Shown piece after piece: positions 1-8,914 of a stretch of 64,000 bases of DNA (position 1 is its first letter; every line of letters begins with the position of its first letter). Origin of the DNA: an uncultured bacterium. Lineage in GTDB: Bacteria; Omnitrophota; Omnitrophia; Omnitrophales; Aquincolibacteriaceae. Under the pieces are notes generated by a model. That model was not told the origin of the DNA. It worked only from the letters and a program-made list of their open reading frames with translations, and did no database searches. Where the stretch lies: assembly GCA_964482725.1 (NCBI GenBank), contig CAYZYT010000003.1, forward strand, positions 116,010 to 180,009. Direction: 5' to 3'. A program made the position numbers and the translations under genes.

Positions 1-243
1 GTTTTTGCGATTCTGGGGCTTCGGGCTCTTTATTTTGTGATCGCGGAGCTGATGCGGCTCTTCCACCATCTGCACTACGGGCTTTCTCTTATCCTGGTGC
101 TGATCGGGGTCAAGATGCTGATAGCCTCCTTCATCCACATTCCCACGGCGATCGCGCTCGGAGCGATCTTACTGATCTTGGCGGCTTCCGTCGTTGCGTC
201 CATTATTTGGCCCCAAAAAGCGGGGGAGTGTGGTCACGGTTGA
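1..243 (+). CDS. TerC/Alx family membrane protein, C-terminal part (5' end outside window)
   Basis: Frame 1 is open from base 1: VFAILGLRALYFVIAELMRLFHHLHYGLSLILVLIGVKML, the typical TerC C-terminal signature (FAILGLR.LYF...L.YGL..IL..IG.KM). Confidence 0.9.
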   Translation, partial: VFAILGLRALYFVIAELMRLFHHLHYGLSLILVLIGVKMLIASFIHIPTAIALGAILLILAASVVASIIWPQKAGECGHG

Positions 244-275
244 GTTCCTGCCTTTTCTGAGAGACGCTTAGATCT

Positions 276-318
276 AAAAAAAAGCGCCTCGCCGAATTAA
301 CGGCGAGGCGCTTTTTTT
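276..318. terminator. Bidirectional intrinsic terminator between the convergent TerC and hppA genes
   Basis: AAAAAAAAGCGCCTCGCCG-AATTAA-CGGCGAGGCGCTTTTTTT: perfect GC stem with an A-run on one side and a T-run on the other. Confidence 0.9.
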
Positions 319-339
319 GTGTCCAAAATAATCGAAACA

Positions 340-368
340 GGGACGGTTCTCTTTTGGAGAACCGTCCC
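340..368. repeat. REP-like palindrome GGGACGGTTCTC...GAGAACCGTCCC
   Basis: 12-bp perfect inverted repeat; a degenerate copy lies at about 26105-26132 (GGGGCGGTTCTC-GAAGG-GAGCACCGTCTC). Confidence 0.7.
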
Positions 369-381
369 CGGAAGACAAGCC

Positions 382-2850
382 TCAGGCTTTAGCTTTTTTC
401 GGGATGCCCAGCACCGGGATCCGCATTTTGTAGAAGGACCTCCAGACGAAGAACAGGCCTGTAATGAAAAAGACCGTTCCGCTGATGCGCGTCGTGGCCG
501 GATTCATCTTGATCGCGATCTCGACGGCAAGCATGCCGAAGAGGGTCGAGAACTTGATGATCGGATTGAGCGATACCGAAGTGGTGTCCTTGAAAGGATC
601 GCCCACCGTGTCGCCGATGACCGTGGCGGCATGAAGTGCTGTGCCCTTTTCTCCCAGATCGACCTCCACAACCTTTTTCGCGTTATCCCACGAGCCACCC
701 GCGTTCGCCATGAACATCGCCTGGAAAAGCCCGAAGGTGGCGATGGCGATCAAGTAAGCGATAAAGAAATAGGGGTCGAACATCGCAAAGGCGAGCGTGA
801 GCATGAGCAGCCCCACGAAAATATTCCACATGCCTTTTTGAGCGTACTCGGTGCAGATCTTCACGACCTGAATGGAATCCGCGCGATCGGCCTCTTTTTT
901 ATCGAGGTTCAAATTCTTCTTGATGTACTCCACTGCGGAGTAGGCCCCGGTGGCCACGGCTTGAATGGAAGCGCCGCAGAACCAGAAGATCACCGCACCG
1001 CCGCAGAGGATCCCCAAAAGGATCGGCGCGGCCGTGAGGGACAGTTTTGCGTTGAGCAGGGTCTCGCCGATGTTCTCGGGAACGAATCCGCCCAGCGCGG
1101 CGGCAACGGCGCCCTCATGGAGATGCTGCTGGAGGAGCAGGATGATCGAGAAGATCATCGTCGTCGCTCCGGCGACGGCCGTTCCGATCAGCACCGGTTT
1201 TGCGGTCGCTTTAAAGGTGTTGCCCGCCGAGTCGTTGGCTTCGAGATAATGTTTGCCGAGCTTAAAATCAGGCTTGAATCCGAAATCCTTCTCGATCTCT
1301 TTCTCGATCCCGGGGATCGACTCCGTCTGGGCGAGTTCGAAGATCGACTGGGCGTTATCCGTCACCGGACCGTAGGAGTCCACGGCGATGTTCACCGGGC
1401 CCATGCAAAGGAACCCGTAAGCCACAAGACCGAACGCGAAAATGGAAGCGTGCGGCATGATATTCTGGAGCCCCGTTCCTGAGATCAAGTAGGCGCCGAA
1501 CATCAGGGCTGCGATGAGGATGCCTTTCCAAAAGGCTGAAAAGTAGCCAGCCACGAGTCCCGAGAGGATCGTGAGCGATGCGCCGCCTTCGCGCGAAGCG
1601 GTGACGATCTCCTGGACATGCTTGGAGTGGGAGGAGGTAAAAGCCTTAGTGAATTCCGGAATGAGGTAAGCTGCCAAAGTCCCGCACGTGATGATCGAGG
1701 CGAGTTTCCACCAAAGCGTCGGATCGGGAAGGTCCCCGACGAGCAGGTACGACATCCCGAACGAGGTGGAGATGCAGAGGGCTGAAGCGATCTGGATGAG
1801 GCGCGTGAGCGGCTCCTCGAAATTGAACTCTTTCAAGCCCTTATACTTGCGTTCGGAGATGGCTTGGTTGATGAAATAGGAAAGACCTGACATGAAGTCC
1901 ATCAAAAAGCGCATGGCGAAGATCCAGACAATGAGCTTTGCCTGAAGCGAGGGATCTTTGACCGCCAGGGTGATGAACATGATAAGCGCGACGCCGGTCA
2001 CGCCGTAGGTCTCGAAACCGTCGGCGGTAGGTCCCACCGAGTCGCCGGCATTGTCCCCGGTGCAGTCGGCGATGACGCCGGGATTGCGTGGGTCGTCCTC
2101 TTTAACGTTAAAAACAATCTTCATGAGGTCGGAGCCGATATCAGCGATCTTGGTGAAGATGCCGCCCGCGATACGCAGCGCGCTTGCCGCAAGCGATTCT
2201 CCGATGGCGAACCCCAAAAAGCAATACCCGACGATGTTGCGCGGCACGAAGAGCAGGATGATCACCATCATCACCAGTTCGATCGAAATCAGGAAAAGGC
2301 CGACCGACATCCCGGAGCGCATGGGAATATTGACCACATCCCAGGGTTTTCCGCGCAGGGAAGCGAACGCGGTTCTTGAATTGGCATAGGTGTTAACGCG
2401 GATCCCGTAATACGCCACCAGGGAAGATCCCGCCATGCCCACGATCGAGAAAAAGAGGACGAGTCCCAAGGTTCCGAGAGGCTCGTGCTTGAGTCCCAGG
2501 AAGTAATAACTCATCGCGCAGGCAATGATCGCGAACAGGATCGTAAGGAACTTGACCTGCTGCTTGAGGTAGGTCTTGCAGGTTTGGAAGATCGTTTCGG
2601 AGACGTCCAGCATCGACTTGTGGGCGGGAAGAGCCTTCACATTCAAAAACTGGTAAAGGGATAGCCCGACCGTCCCCAGGATCACCATCGCTCCGTAGAG
2701 GAGGATCTGGAAGCCCGAAAGGCCGCCGAACATCGCGAAGTGCCCTTCGTGAAGGTCCGGGATCTTCAGGTCCGCTTCGCTGGCCCATGCGGCGCCATGC
2801 CACAGGAAAAGCATTCCTAGAAAAGAGAGTCGGGTAAAAAGTTTTTTCAT
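382..2850 (-). CDS. hppA: Membrane-bound ion-translocating pyrophosphatase (long divergent type)
   Basis: 822 aa polytopic protein with GGIFTKIADIGSDL, EDDPRNPGVIADCTGDNAGD, DSYGPVTDNA, GNTFKATAK and GDTVGDPFKDT motifs. Confidence 0.97.
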   Translation of the reverse strand: MKKLFTRLSFLGMLFLWHGAAWASEADLKIPDLHEGHFAMFGGLSGFQILLYGAMVILGTVGLSLYQFLNVKALPAHKSMLDVSETIFQTCKTYLKQQVKFLTILFAIIACAMSYYFLGLKHEPLGTLGLVLFFSIVGMAGSSLVAYYGIRVNTYANSRTAFASLRGKPWDVVNIPMRSGMSVGLFLISIELVMMVIILLFVPRNIVGYCFLGFAIGESLAASALRIAGGIFTKIADIGSDLMKIVFNVKEDDPRNPGVIADCTGDNAGDSVGPTADGFETYGVTGVALIMFITLAVKDPSLQAKLIVWIFAMRFLMDFMSGLSYFINQAISERKYKGLKEFNFEEPLTRLIQIASALCISTSFGMSYLLVGDLPDPTLWWKLASIITCGTLAAYLIPEFTKAFTSSHSKHVQEIVTASREGGASLTILSGLVAGYFSAFWKGILIAALMFGAYLISGTGLQNIMPHASIFAFGLVAYGFLCMGPVNIAVDSYGPVTDNAQSIFELAQTESIPGIEKEIEKDFGFKPDFKLGKHYLEANDSAGNTFKATAKPVLIGTAVAGATTMIFSIILLLQQHLHEGAVAAALGGFVPENIGETLLNAKLSLTAAPILLGILCGGAVIFWFCGASIQAVATGAYSAVEYIKKNLNLDKKEADRADSIQVVKICTEYAQKGMWNIFVGLLMLTLAFAMFDPYFFIAYLIAIATFGLFQAMFMANAGGSWDNAKKVVEVDLGEKGTALHAATVIGDTVGDPFKDTTSVSLNPIIKFSTLFGMLAVEIAIKMNPATTRISGTVFFITGLFFVWRSFYKMRIPVLGIPKKAKA

Positions 2851-3074
2851 GATGTCTCCCGTTGAATTAGTAACTCAAGTCTTGCAGCTTTTCGATGGAA
2901 TGACCAGGAAATGCAGAGCCCAAGCTAATAATTTTTTTTGATTGTTGAAGTTGAATAAGGGTCTTGAGGGACCAATATGCCGAATGGGCTTGTATGATAG
3001 CGAAATGGCGTAAAAATACCACTCAAATCTTCGACTTCACGGAGTCGCCTTCATAGGAAGTCGACGCACATCTA

Positions 3075-3102
3075 TTGATTGTCCGTCCCTTTCTGCTATA
3101 TT
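3075..3102 (+). promoter_or_regulatory. Candidate sigma70 promoter for the K+ transporter gene
   Basis: TTGATT-16 bp-TATATT with an extended TG, 11 bp upstream of ATG 3114. Confidence 0.35.
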
Positions 3103-3113
3103 ACCCTGCTTAT

Positions 3114-4841
3114 ATGGCACTTATGATCAAACGGGTCGAAAGACCTCGCGAACTTAAATGGTATCACGCCGGCGCCATGCTCTATGGCGACTGGGGCACT
3201 TCGAAGGCCTATGTCCTCGGGATCGCTTTTGCTCTCGCCGGCCACGCCTCGTGGTTCTTCCTCGGGCTCATGTCCCTGCTCATGATCCTGATCGGGGTCT
3301 GTTATATGATCGTCTGCCGCATCTATCCTGACGGCGGCGGCGTTTACTCCTCAGTCAAACACCGTTCCCAGACGTTGGCCGTGATCGGCGCTTTCCTTTT
3401 GATCGCGGATTATGTTGTCACGGTTTCTTTAAGCGTCCTGGATGCTTTCCATTATTTCAATGTCCCGAATCCTGAACTCTGGGCGGTCGGGGCGATCCTT
3501 ACCATCGGAACTTTGAGCTGGGTCGGGCCTGCGAAAGGCGGTACGGTTGCCACCGTGATCGCTGTTTTTGCATCCCTCACGGCGTTGGTCCTTTTTGCTT
3601 TTACCGTGCCGGGTCTTTCGCATGTTCAGCTTACGATGCCGGTGGGCGGGTTCATGAAGAATTGGCCGGTCTTTGTCGGGATCGTGCTCGCGCTTTCAGG
3701 CGTGGAGGCTATTGCAAATCTGACCGGCGTGATGGTGGAGCCTGTCAAAAAAACTTCCCGCCGTGCTATTCTTCCGGTGATGATCGAAGTGGCGATTCTA
3801 ACCTTCCTGTTGGGGGTTGCGATGAACGCCATCCCGGGCCTGAAAGGGCACACGGAAGATATGCTCCGTGCGCTCGGCGATCATTACATCGGCCCCTGGT
3901 ACGGGACCGTGATCTCCATCGTCTTCGGGTGTTTGCTCCTGTCTGCAGGTAATACAGCGATCATGGGGCTTGTGAGTATTCAGTTTGCCTTGGCCAAAGA
4001 TCGCGAATTGCCGCCTGTTTTTGCAAAACTCAACCGCTTCGGGATGCCTTGGCTCGCGCTGATCATTGCGACGCTGGTGCCGATCATTGTGATCCTTGTC
4101 GAGAAGGACATCGTCCACCTGGCGGCCCTTTACGCGATTGGTGTCGTCGGGGCGATCGCGCTCAACCTTGCGACGAGTGCCACGAATTTTTCGATCCGGC
4201 TGAAGCTTTGGGAGCGTGTCCTTTTGGGTGCCGGTGCGATCATCACGCTTTTTATCGAAGTGACGATCGCGATCCAGAAACAGAACGCGCTTTTCTTCGT
4301 CCTGACCATCCTGGGCGTAGGCCTCGCGCTCCGTTATGCGGCGAAGATGATCGTGCCGGCGCCGATGCCGGAATTGGCTTCCAATGTCAATTTGCTCACT
4401 GTAGCCGAGGCCAAAGAACTTACCTCGCTTTACAAAAGTTCGGCGCTTGTGGCTCTGAAGTCATACAATCCAGTGCTGCTTGAAGAGGCCGCCCTTCATG
4501 TGAAGGCGATGGGTGAGAATTCGGTTTATTTGAGCTATGTGGAAGAGACGCCCCCGTCGCCTGAATTGCCTACCGAAATGGAACCGTCGCGGGAATCGGT
4601 GATGGTCCTGGCGCAGGCTCAGGAAGATATGGAAAAGCGTGGCATCACGGCGGTCCCGATCTGGATGGTGGGGGACAATCCCGGCCGGTTGATCGCACGC
4701 GCGGCCCAAGAACTGGATGTCCGGGCCGTGGCGATCGGCGCCACGAAGCGCAGCGCCCTCATCAGCCTTCTTCGCGGCGACGTGCTGCGGACGCTGGCCC
4801 ATAACCTTCGCAAAGATTGCCATTTATTGATTGTCGGTTAG
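3114..4841 (+). CDS. APC-superfamily KimA/KUP-like potassium transporter with C-terminal USP domain
   Basis: About 12 TM segments; YGDWGTSKAY (D-x6-Y, as in KimA/KUP TM1), ADYVVTV, SGVEAIAN, LYAIGV. C-terminal USP-like region (IARAAQELDVRAVAIGAT...LLRGDV). ATG 3114 preferred over TTG 3075. Confidence 0.8.
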   Translation: MALMIKRVERPRELKWYHAGAMLYGDWGTSKAYVLGIAFALAGHASWFFLGLMSLLMILIGVCYMIVCRIYPDGGGVYSSVKHRSQTLAVIGAFLLIADYVVTVSLSVLDAFHYFNVPNPELWAVGAILTIGTLSWVGPAKGGTVATVIAVFASLTALVLFAFTVPGLSHVQLTMPVGGFMKNWPVFVGIVLALSGVEAIANLTGVMVEPVKKTSRRAILPVMIEVAILTFLLGVAMNAIPGLKGHTEDMLRALGDHYIGPWYGTVISIVFGCLLLSAGNTAIMGLVSIQFALAKDRELPPVFAKLNRFGMPWLALIIATLVPIIVILVEKDIVHLAALYAIGVVGAIALNLATSATNFSIRLKLWERVLLGAGAIITLFIEVTIAIQKQNALFFVLTILGVGLALRYAAKMIVPAPMPELASNVNLLTVAEAKELTSLYKSSALVALKSYNPVLLEEAALHVKAMGENSVYLSYVEETPPSPELPTEMEPSRESVMVLAQAQEDMEKRGITAVPIWMVGDNPGRLIARAAQELDVRAVAIGATKRSALISLLRGDVLRTLAHNLRKDCHLLIVG

Positions 4842-4953
4842 CGCCTTTTGGGAGTATTCTAAACGCCGTTGCTGGGTTACGGCGACGATGCCCGTTTCGT
4901 TTTTGGATTACGGTTACGTTCCCGTGGCCGTCACCATTTCATTCGTCGAGGAA

Positions 4954-5277
4954 ATGCCCGTGAAAAAATATTTGATTGCTGCGCTCATATTTTCCCTCCT
5001 GATTCTTGGGGCGAGGGCGTCATTTGCGGAATGGTTCGATGGAGAAGTCCAGAAGATCGATGCCAAGGCCAAGACGATCACCATCAGTGAGATCGATCCG
5101 ATCACGGATACCGAAGAAAAAAAAGAAATCCTGACCGATCAAACCACCGTCTTTTTGGGCGTCACTTCTCTCCAGGATATCCGCGGGAACGATAATGTCA
5201 CGATTGAGGCCCAATACGATGAGCCGGCCGACGTCTGGAAAGCCCTTTCCGTTGAGGTCGCCGAGGCCGGCGCGTGA
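4954..5277 (+). CDS. Small secreted beta-barrel (OB-fold/CusF-like) protein of unknown function
   Basis: GAGGA directly before ATG 4954 (GTG 4960 is an alternative start); signal peptide KKYLIAALIFSLLILGARASFA, then GEVQKIDAKAKTITI...GNDNVTIE. Confidence 0.65.
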   Translation: MPVKKYLIAALIFSLLILGARASFAEWFDGEVQKIDAKAKTITISEIDPITDTEEKKEILTDQTTVFLGVTSLQDIRGNDNVTIEAQYDEPADVWKALSVEVAEAGA

Positions 5278-6254
5278 AACCTCGGGGAATCCACCGCACT
5301 TCGGGTTCCCGATCGCGGTGTTCAAAGGGATCTCTGGCTAAGCGGCGCTCATATGTTTTCGGGATCCTAACCACCCCTGCTAAAGATATCTTCCATTCGA
5401 ATTACCACCTCGGACTTCTTGCCGGGATTCTTCCGAAGATCAAGGCCGCGAAAAGCTGTTTGAAGATTGTCATGATGCCCTCCCAAACTTATAAGAGTCT
5501 CGATCAGATTCTTACTGAGCATGGACTAGACGGACTTTTGATCCTGACCTGGCGATGGATCCATCCTGAGATCGCGCGGTTGATCGAAACTTCCCGCCAC
5601 GATCGAGTGCTTGTGATTAATGACCCGGTCCCTGGGTTTCGAGTGAATAATCTTTACACCGATACCGATGCGGGCATGGCTCAGGCGGTGACGCATCTCG
5701 TCAAAAAGGGTTATCGGAAGATCGGCATGCTGCACGGGCCGTGGGAAGTGTCCTTTCAAATAAAAGGGACAGGTCTGAAAAAGCGCAGCAGACCTCTCCC
5801 TGACAAGAAGATCAAAGTGCCGTTCATTGATACCCAGCTCAAAGTGCGAGGGCTTCTCCGGGCGCTGAAGGCCAAGCGTGTCCCTTGTGATCCAACGTGG
5901 CTCCGGTCGGGAGCCGCCAACAGCGAGGCTGAGGGCTATTGCGTGATGACAGACTGGCTGCGTGAAAAAGATCTTCCCGAAGCGATCGTCTGCGGGAATG
6001 ACGACCTTGCCTTCGGGGCGATCAAGGCTTTGAAAGAAGCCGGCAGAAGTATTCCCCGGGATATGGCGGTGATCGGGTTCGATGACAATGAACGCGCAAA
6101 AAGTTTTTCGCCGCCGCTCTCGACCGTTCGCCAGCCGCTCGGGAAAATGGGGAAGGACGCCGTGGATATCCTGATCCGGCAGATCGAACGTCCTGCTTCC
6201 CAGCCTGTTTCCAGACGGTATCTCCCTAAACTCGTCGTTCGGAAGACCACCTAA
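5274..6254 (+). CDS. LacI/GalR-family effector-binding domain protein lacking the N-terminal HTH
   Basis: SLAKRRSYVFGIL, DGLLIL, AVTHLVKKGYRKIGMLHG, PEAIVCGNDDLAFGAIKAL, IPRDMAVIGFDD, PPLSTVRQP, KLVVRKT. Only about 20 aa precede the hinge region. Confidence 0.85.
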   Translation: MKPRGIHRTSGSRSRCSKGSLAKRRSYVFGILTTPAKDIFHSNYHLGLLAGILPKIKAAKSCLKIVMMPSQTYKSLDQILTEHGLDGLLILTWRWIHPEIARLIETSRHDRVLVINDPVPGFRVNNLYTDTDAGMAQAVTHLVKKGYRKIGMLHGPWEVSFQIKGTGLKKRSRPLPDKKIKVPFIDTQLKVRGLLRALKAKRVPCDPTWLRSGAANSEAEGYCVMTDWLREKDLPEAIVCGNDDLAFGAIKALKEAGRSIPRDMAVIGFDDNERAKSFSPPLSTVRQPLGKMGKDAVDILIRQIERPASQPVSRRYLPKLVVRKTT

Positions 6255-6266
6255 AAGCAGGGTGTT

Positions 6267-6366
6267 GGATGGCGGAGGGTGGATGGCGCAAAAAGATGGG
6301 ATGGCGGGTATCGGGTGACGAAAAACAAAAGGTTTGACGCCATCCGCCCTCCTCCATCCGTTATCC
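6267..6366. repeat. Heptamer-periodic inverted repeat (GGATGGC-type arms)
   Basis: Left arm GGATGGC GGAGGGT GGATGGC ... GGATGGC GGGTATC GGGTGAC; right arm CGCCATC CGCCCTC CTCCATC CGTTATC. Confidence 0.8.
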
Positions 6367-6450
6367 TAAAATGTTTGTTCCCGCATCAATAATAGTCTGC
6401 GTATTGCCGTAACTATACCTAGGGTCTAAATAATTTTCAGAGGGGGAAGT

Positions 6451-7239
6451 ATGCTTACCACGGCCATTGCCATCGTGATCGGGTTCGGGTATTTTTTCTA
6501 TCCGTTCAAACTTGCCTGGGTCAGATTATTGCTCAAGTATATCGCCGGGCTTTTCTGCTTCTGGGCGGCATTTTTTTTCGCCGGTCCTTCGGTTGAGGCT
6601 CAGTTCGTGTCTCTTGCCGGGATCGTGATCCTTGGCATTGCTGCCGGGCTCATTTGTACGGATATGGTGGTCTCGGTCGTTCTGTGGCTTGTCGAACTGC
6701 TCGGGAATATCTTCCATAAGACGCCCCAGCTCCCGCAGTATCTGCTCGAGATCTGGTCAGCCATGGAGCGGATGGCCTCTCGTAAAGTGGGGGCTCTCAT
6801 CATCCTTCAACGCAAACAGCCGCTGCGTCCCTTGATGAAAGGCGGAATGCCGTTTGACGCGGAGATCAAGTCCGAGATCCTTGTCCCTCTCTTTTTGACC
6901 TCCTCTCCCGTGCATGACGGCGCACTTGTGGTGAATAAGGGCCGAGTGCAAACGGTGAAAGGGATTCTCCCGCTCGCGTCACTTTCCGATCTTTCTCCGA
7001 GTTTTGGGACACGGCATCGGGCAGCGATCGGGATCACGGAAAAGACGGACGCGGTCGCGCTCGTGGTCTCCGAAGAACGCGGCCAGATCAGCGTGGCTTA
7101 TCGCGGTTGTCTGGTTCATATTGCCGACCGTTCCGAATTTCTTAAGACCCTGCAGTGGGTGCTTAAGGGCAAGAATATCCTTCGCCTCAAGAACGCGAGC
7201 TTCATTGTTACCACCAAAGTGCTGGACGATCTGACATAA
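6451..7239 (+). CDS. Membrane-anchored diadenylate cyclase (DAC/DisA_N domain, CdaA-like)
   Basis: Three N-terminal TM segments, then GALIIL, SPVHDGALVV, GTRHRAAIGITEKTDAVALVVSEERGQIS (intact DGA and RHR motifs). Confidence 0.92.
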   Translation: MLTTAIAIVIGFGYFFYPFKLAWVRLLLKYIAGLFCFWAAFFFAGPSVEAQFVSLAGIVILGIAAGLICTDMVVSVVLWLVELLGNIFHKTPQLPQYLLEIWSAMERMASRKVGALIILQRKQPLRPLMKGGMPFDAEIKSEILVPLFLTSSPVHDGALVVNKGRVQTVKGILPLASLSDLSPSFGTRHRAAIGITEKTDAVALVVSEERGQISVAYRGCLVHIADRSEFLKTLQWVLKGKNILRLKNASFIVTTKVLDDLT

Positions 7240-7264
7240 GGTGACTGCCACCATTTTTATTAGA

Positions 7265-7301
7265 GCACACTAAGGTAGGTCACGTTTAAACGTGACCTAC
7301 C
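7265..7301. repeat. 37-bp repeat containing a perfect 28-bp palindrome (copy 1)
   Basis: GCACACTAA-GGTAGGTCACGTTTAAACGTGACCTACC, identical at 31293-31329. Confidence 0.92.
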
Positions 7302-7346
7302 CCAGGAATAGAAAAAAGGTGCCAGACCCCAAGGCTAAGGAACCCT

Positions 7347-8825
7347 ATGAAAAAATATATCTTGGCGATCGATCAAGGGACGACGGGTTCCCGGGCCATT
7401 CTTTTTGATGTGGCGGGAAAGACTGTCGCAAGTGCCTACCGCGAGTTCAAACAATATTTCCCTAAGCCCGGCTGGGTGGAACACGACGCCCAAGAGATCT
7501 GGCGCTCCTGCGAGACTGTGATTCGGGAGACCGTTCGTAAAAGCAAAATTGCTCCCAAAGAGATTCTTGCCATCGGCATTACGAACCAGCGCGAGACCAC
7601 TGTCCTGTGGGATCGCGAGACTTCGAGGCCTGTCCATCACGCCATCGTTTGGCAATGCCGCCGCACCTCAGACCTCTGCCGTGCTCACAAAAAACACGAG
7701 TCCGTGATCCATAAGAAAACCGGTCTTGTCCTTGATCCGTATTTCTCCGGCACCAAGATCGAGTGGCTGCTTGGCCATGTTCCGGGTCTTCGGAAAAGGG
7801 CTGTGGAGGGGAAGATTGCGTTCGGGACGATCGACAGTTGGTTGATCTGGAAACTTACAGGGGGTCGATCGCATGTAACGGATCTGACGAATGCGTCACG
7901 AACCATGCTTCTTAACATTAAAACAAAAAAGTGGGATTCCGAGCTTCTCAGGATCTTCGGTGTCTCTGCCAAGGTGTTGCCGAAGCTTCAGCCCTCCGGA
8001 TCGATCTTTGGGACGACTCAAAATGTTGCCGGACTTCCGGCCGGTATTCCGATCGCGGGCGTGATGGGGGATCAGCAGGCCGCGCTTTATGGCCAGGGCT
8101 GCTACGAAACCGGTACGAGCAAGAATACCTACGGCACAGGTTGCTTCATTATGATGAATACCGGCAAGAAATTTGTCACTTCAAAGGCGGGACTTCTTAC
8201 GACGCTTGCTTGCGACTTCAAAGGCCGGCCGGTTTACGCGCTCGAGGGGTCCGTTTTTATCGGCGGGGCCGTGGTCCAATGGCTTCGGGACGGTCTCAAG
8301 GTCATTAAGAGTTCTGTGGCGACTGAAAAAGCGGTCCGGAAGTTGAAGGACAACGGCGGCGTCTATGTGGTGCCGGCATTTGTTGGGTTGGGCGCGCCTT
8401 ACTGGAAAAGTGATGCGCGCGGCCTCATTACCGGGATCACGCGCGGGACTACGATGCCTCATATCATCCGGGCATGCCTTGAAGCGATCGCCTATCAGAG
8501 CCGCGATGTTTTTGATATTATGCAAAAGGCGTTCGGGGGTCGGATCCATGAACTGAAAGTCGATGGCGGCGCCTGCAAGAACGATCTTCTCATGCAATTC
8601 CAGGCGGATATTCTGAACGCGAGGATCCTCCGGCCCAAAGTGATCGAACTCACGGCCCGCGGTGTGGCGCATCTGGCGGGGGTGACGATGGGGCTCTGGA
8701 AAAAGAGCCACGACCTCAAGAAGCAACACCAGGTCGATCATATTTTTTCTCCGGCTATGAAGCCGGGGAAGCGAGCGAAGCTTTATCAGGGATGGCAGAA
8801 GGCCGTGGAACGAGCGATGCTCTAA
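7347..8825 (+). CDS. glpK: Glycerol kinase
   Basis: ILAIDQGTTGSRA, GITNQRETT, WQCRRT, DPYFSGTK, GDQQAAL, KNTYGTG, VDGGA motifs. Confidence 0.98.
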   Translation: MKKYILAIDQGTTGSRAILFDVAGKTVASAYREFKQYFPKPGWVEHDAQEIWRSCETVIRETVRKSKIAPKEILAIGITNQRETTVLWDRETSRPVHHAIVWQCRRTSDLCRAHKKHESVIHKKTGLVLDPYFSGTKIEWLLGHVPGLRKRAVEGKIAFGTIDSWLIWKLTGGRSHVTDLTNASRTMLLNIKTKKWDSELLRIFGVSAKVLPKLQPSGSIFGTTQNVAGLPAGIPIAGVMGDQQAALYGQGCYETGTSKNTYGTGCFIMMNTGKKFVTSKAGLLTTLACDFKGRPVYALEGSVFIGGAVVQWLRDGLKVIKSSVATEKAVRKLKDNGGVYVVPAFVGLGAPYWKSDARGLITGITRGTTMPHIIRACLEAIAYQSRDVFDIMQKAFGGRIHELKVDGGACKNDLLMQFQADILNARILRPKVIELTARGVAHLAGVTMGLWKKSHDLKKQHQVDHIFSPAMKPGKRAKLYQGWQKAVERAML

Positions 8826-8830
8826 AAATT

Positions 8831-8887
8831 GGGTGACGGATGGCGGAGGGCGTAAAACCAAAAACTCCATCCACCATCCTCCATCCG
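8831..8887. repeat. Heptamer-periodic inverted repeat (same GGATGGC family as 6267)
   Basis: GGGTGAC GGATGGC GGAGGGC ... CTCCATC CACCATC CTCCATC. Confidence 0.8.
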
Positions 8888-8914
8888 ATGCGCACTTATA
8901 GAGGCTAAATAATT

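Noticed and set aside
319-1482. 387-aa + strand ORF
   Set aside because: Antisense shadow of the well-supported hppA gene; no recognisable motifs.
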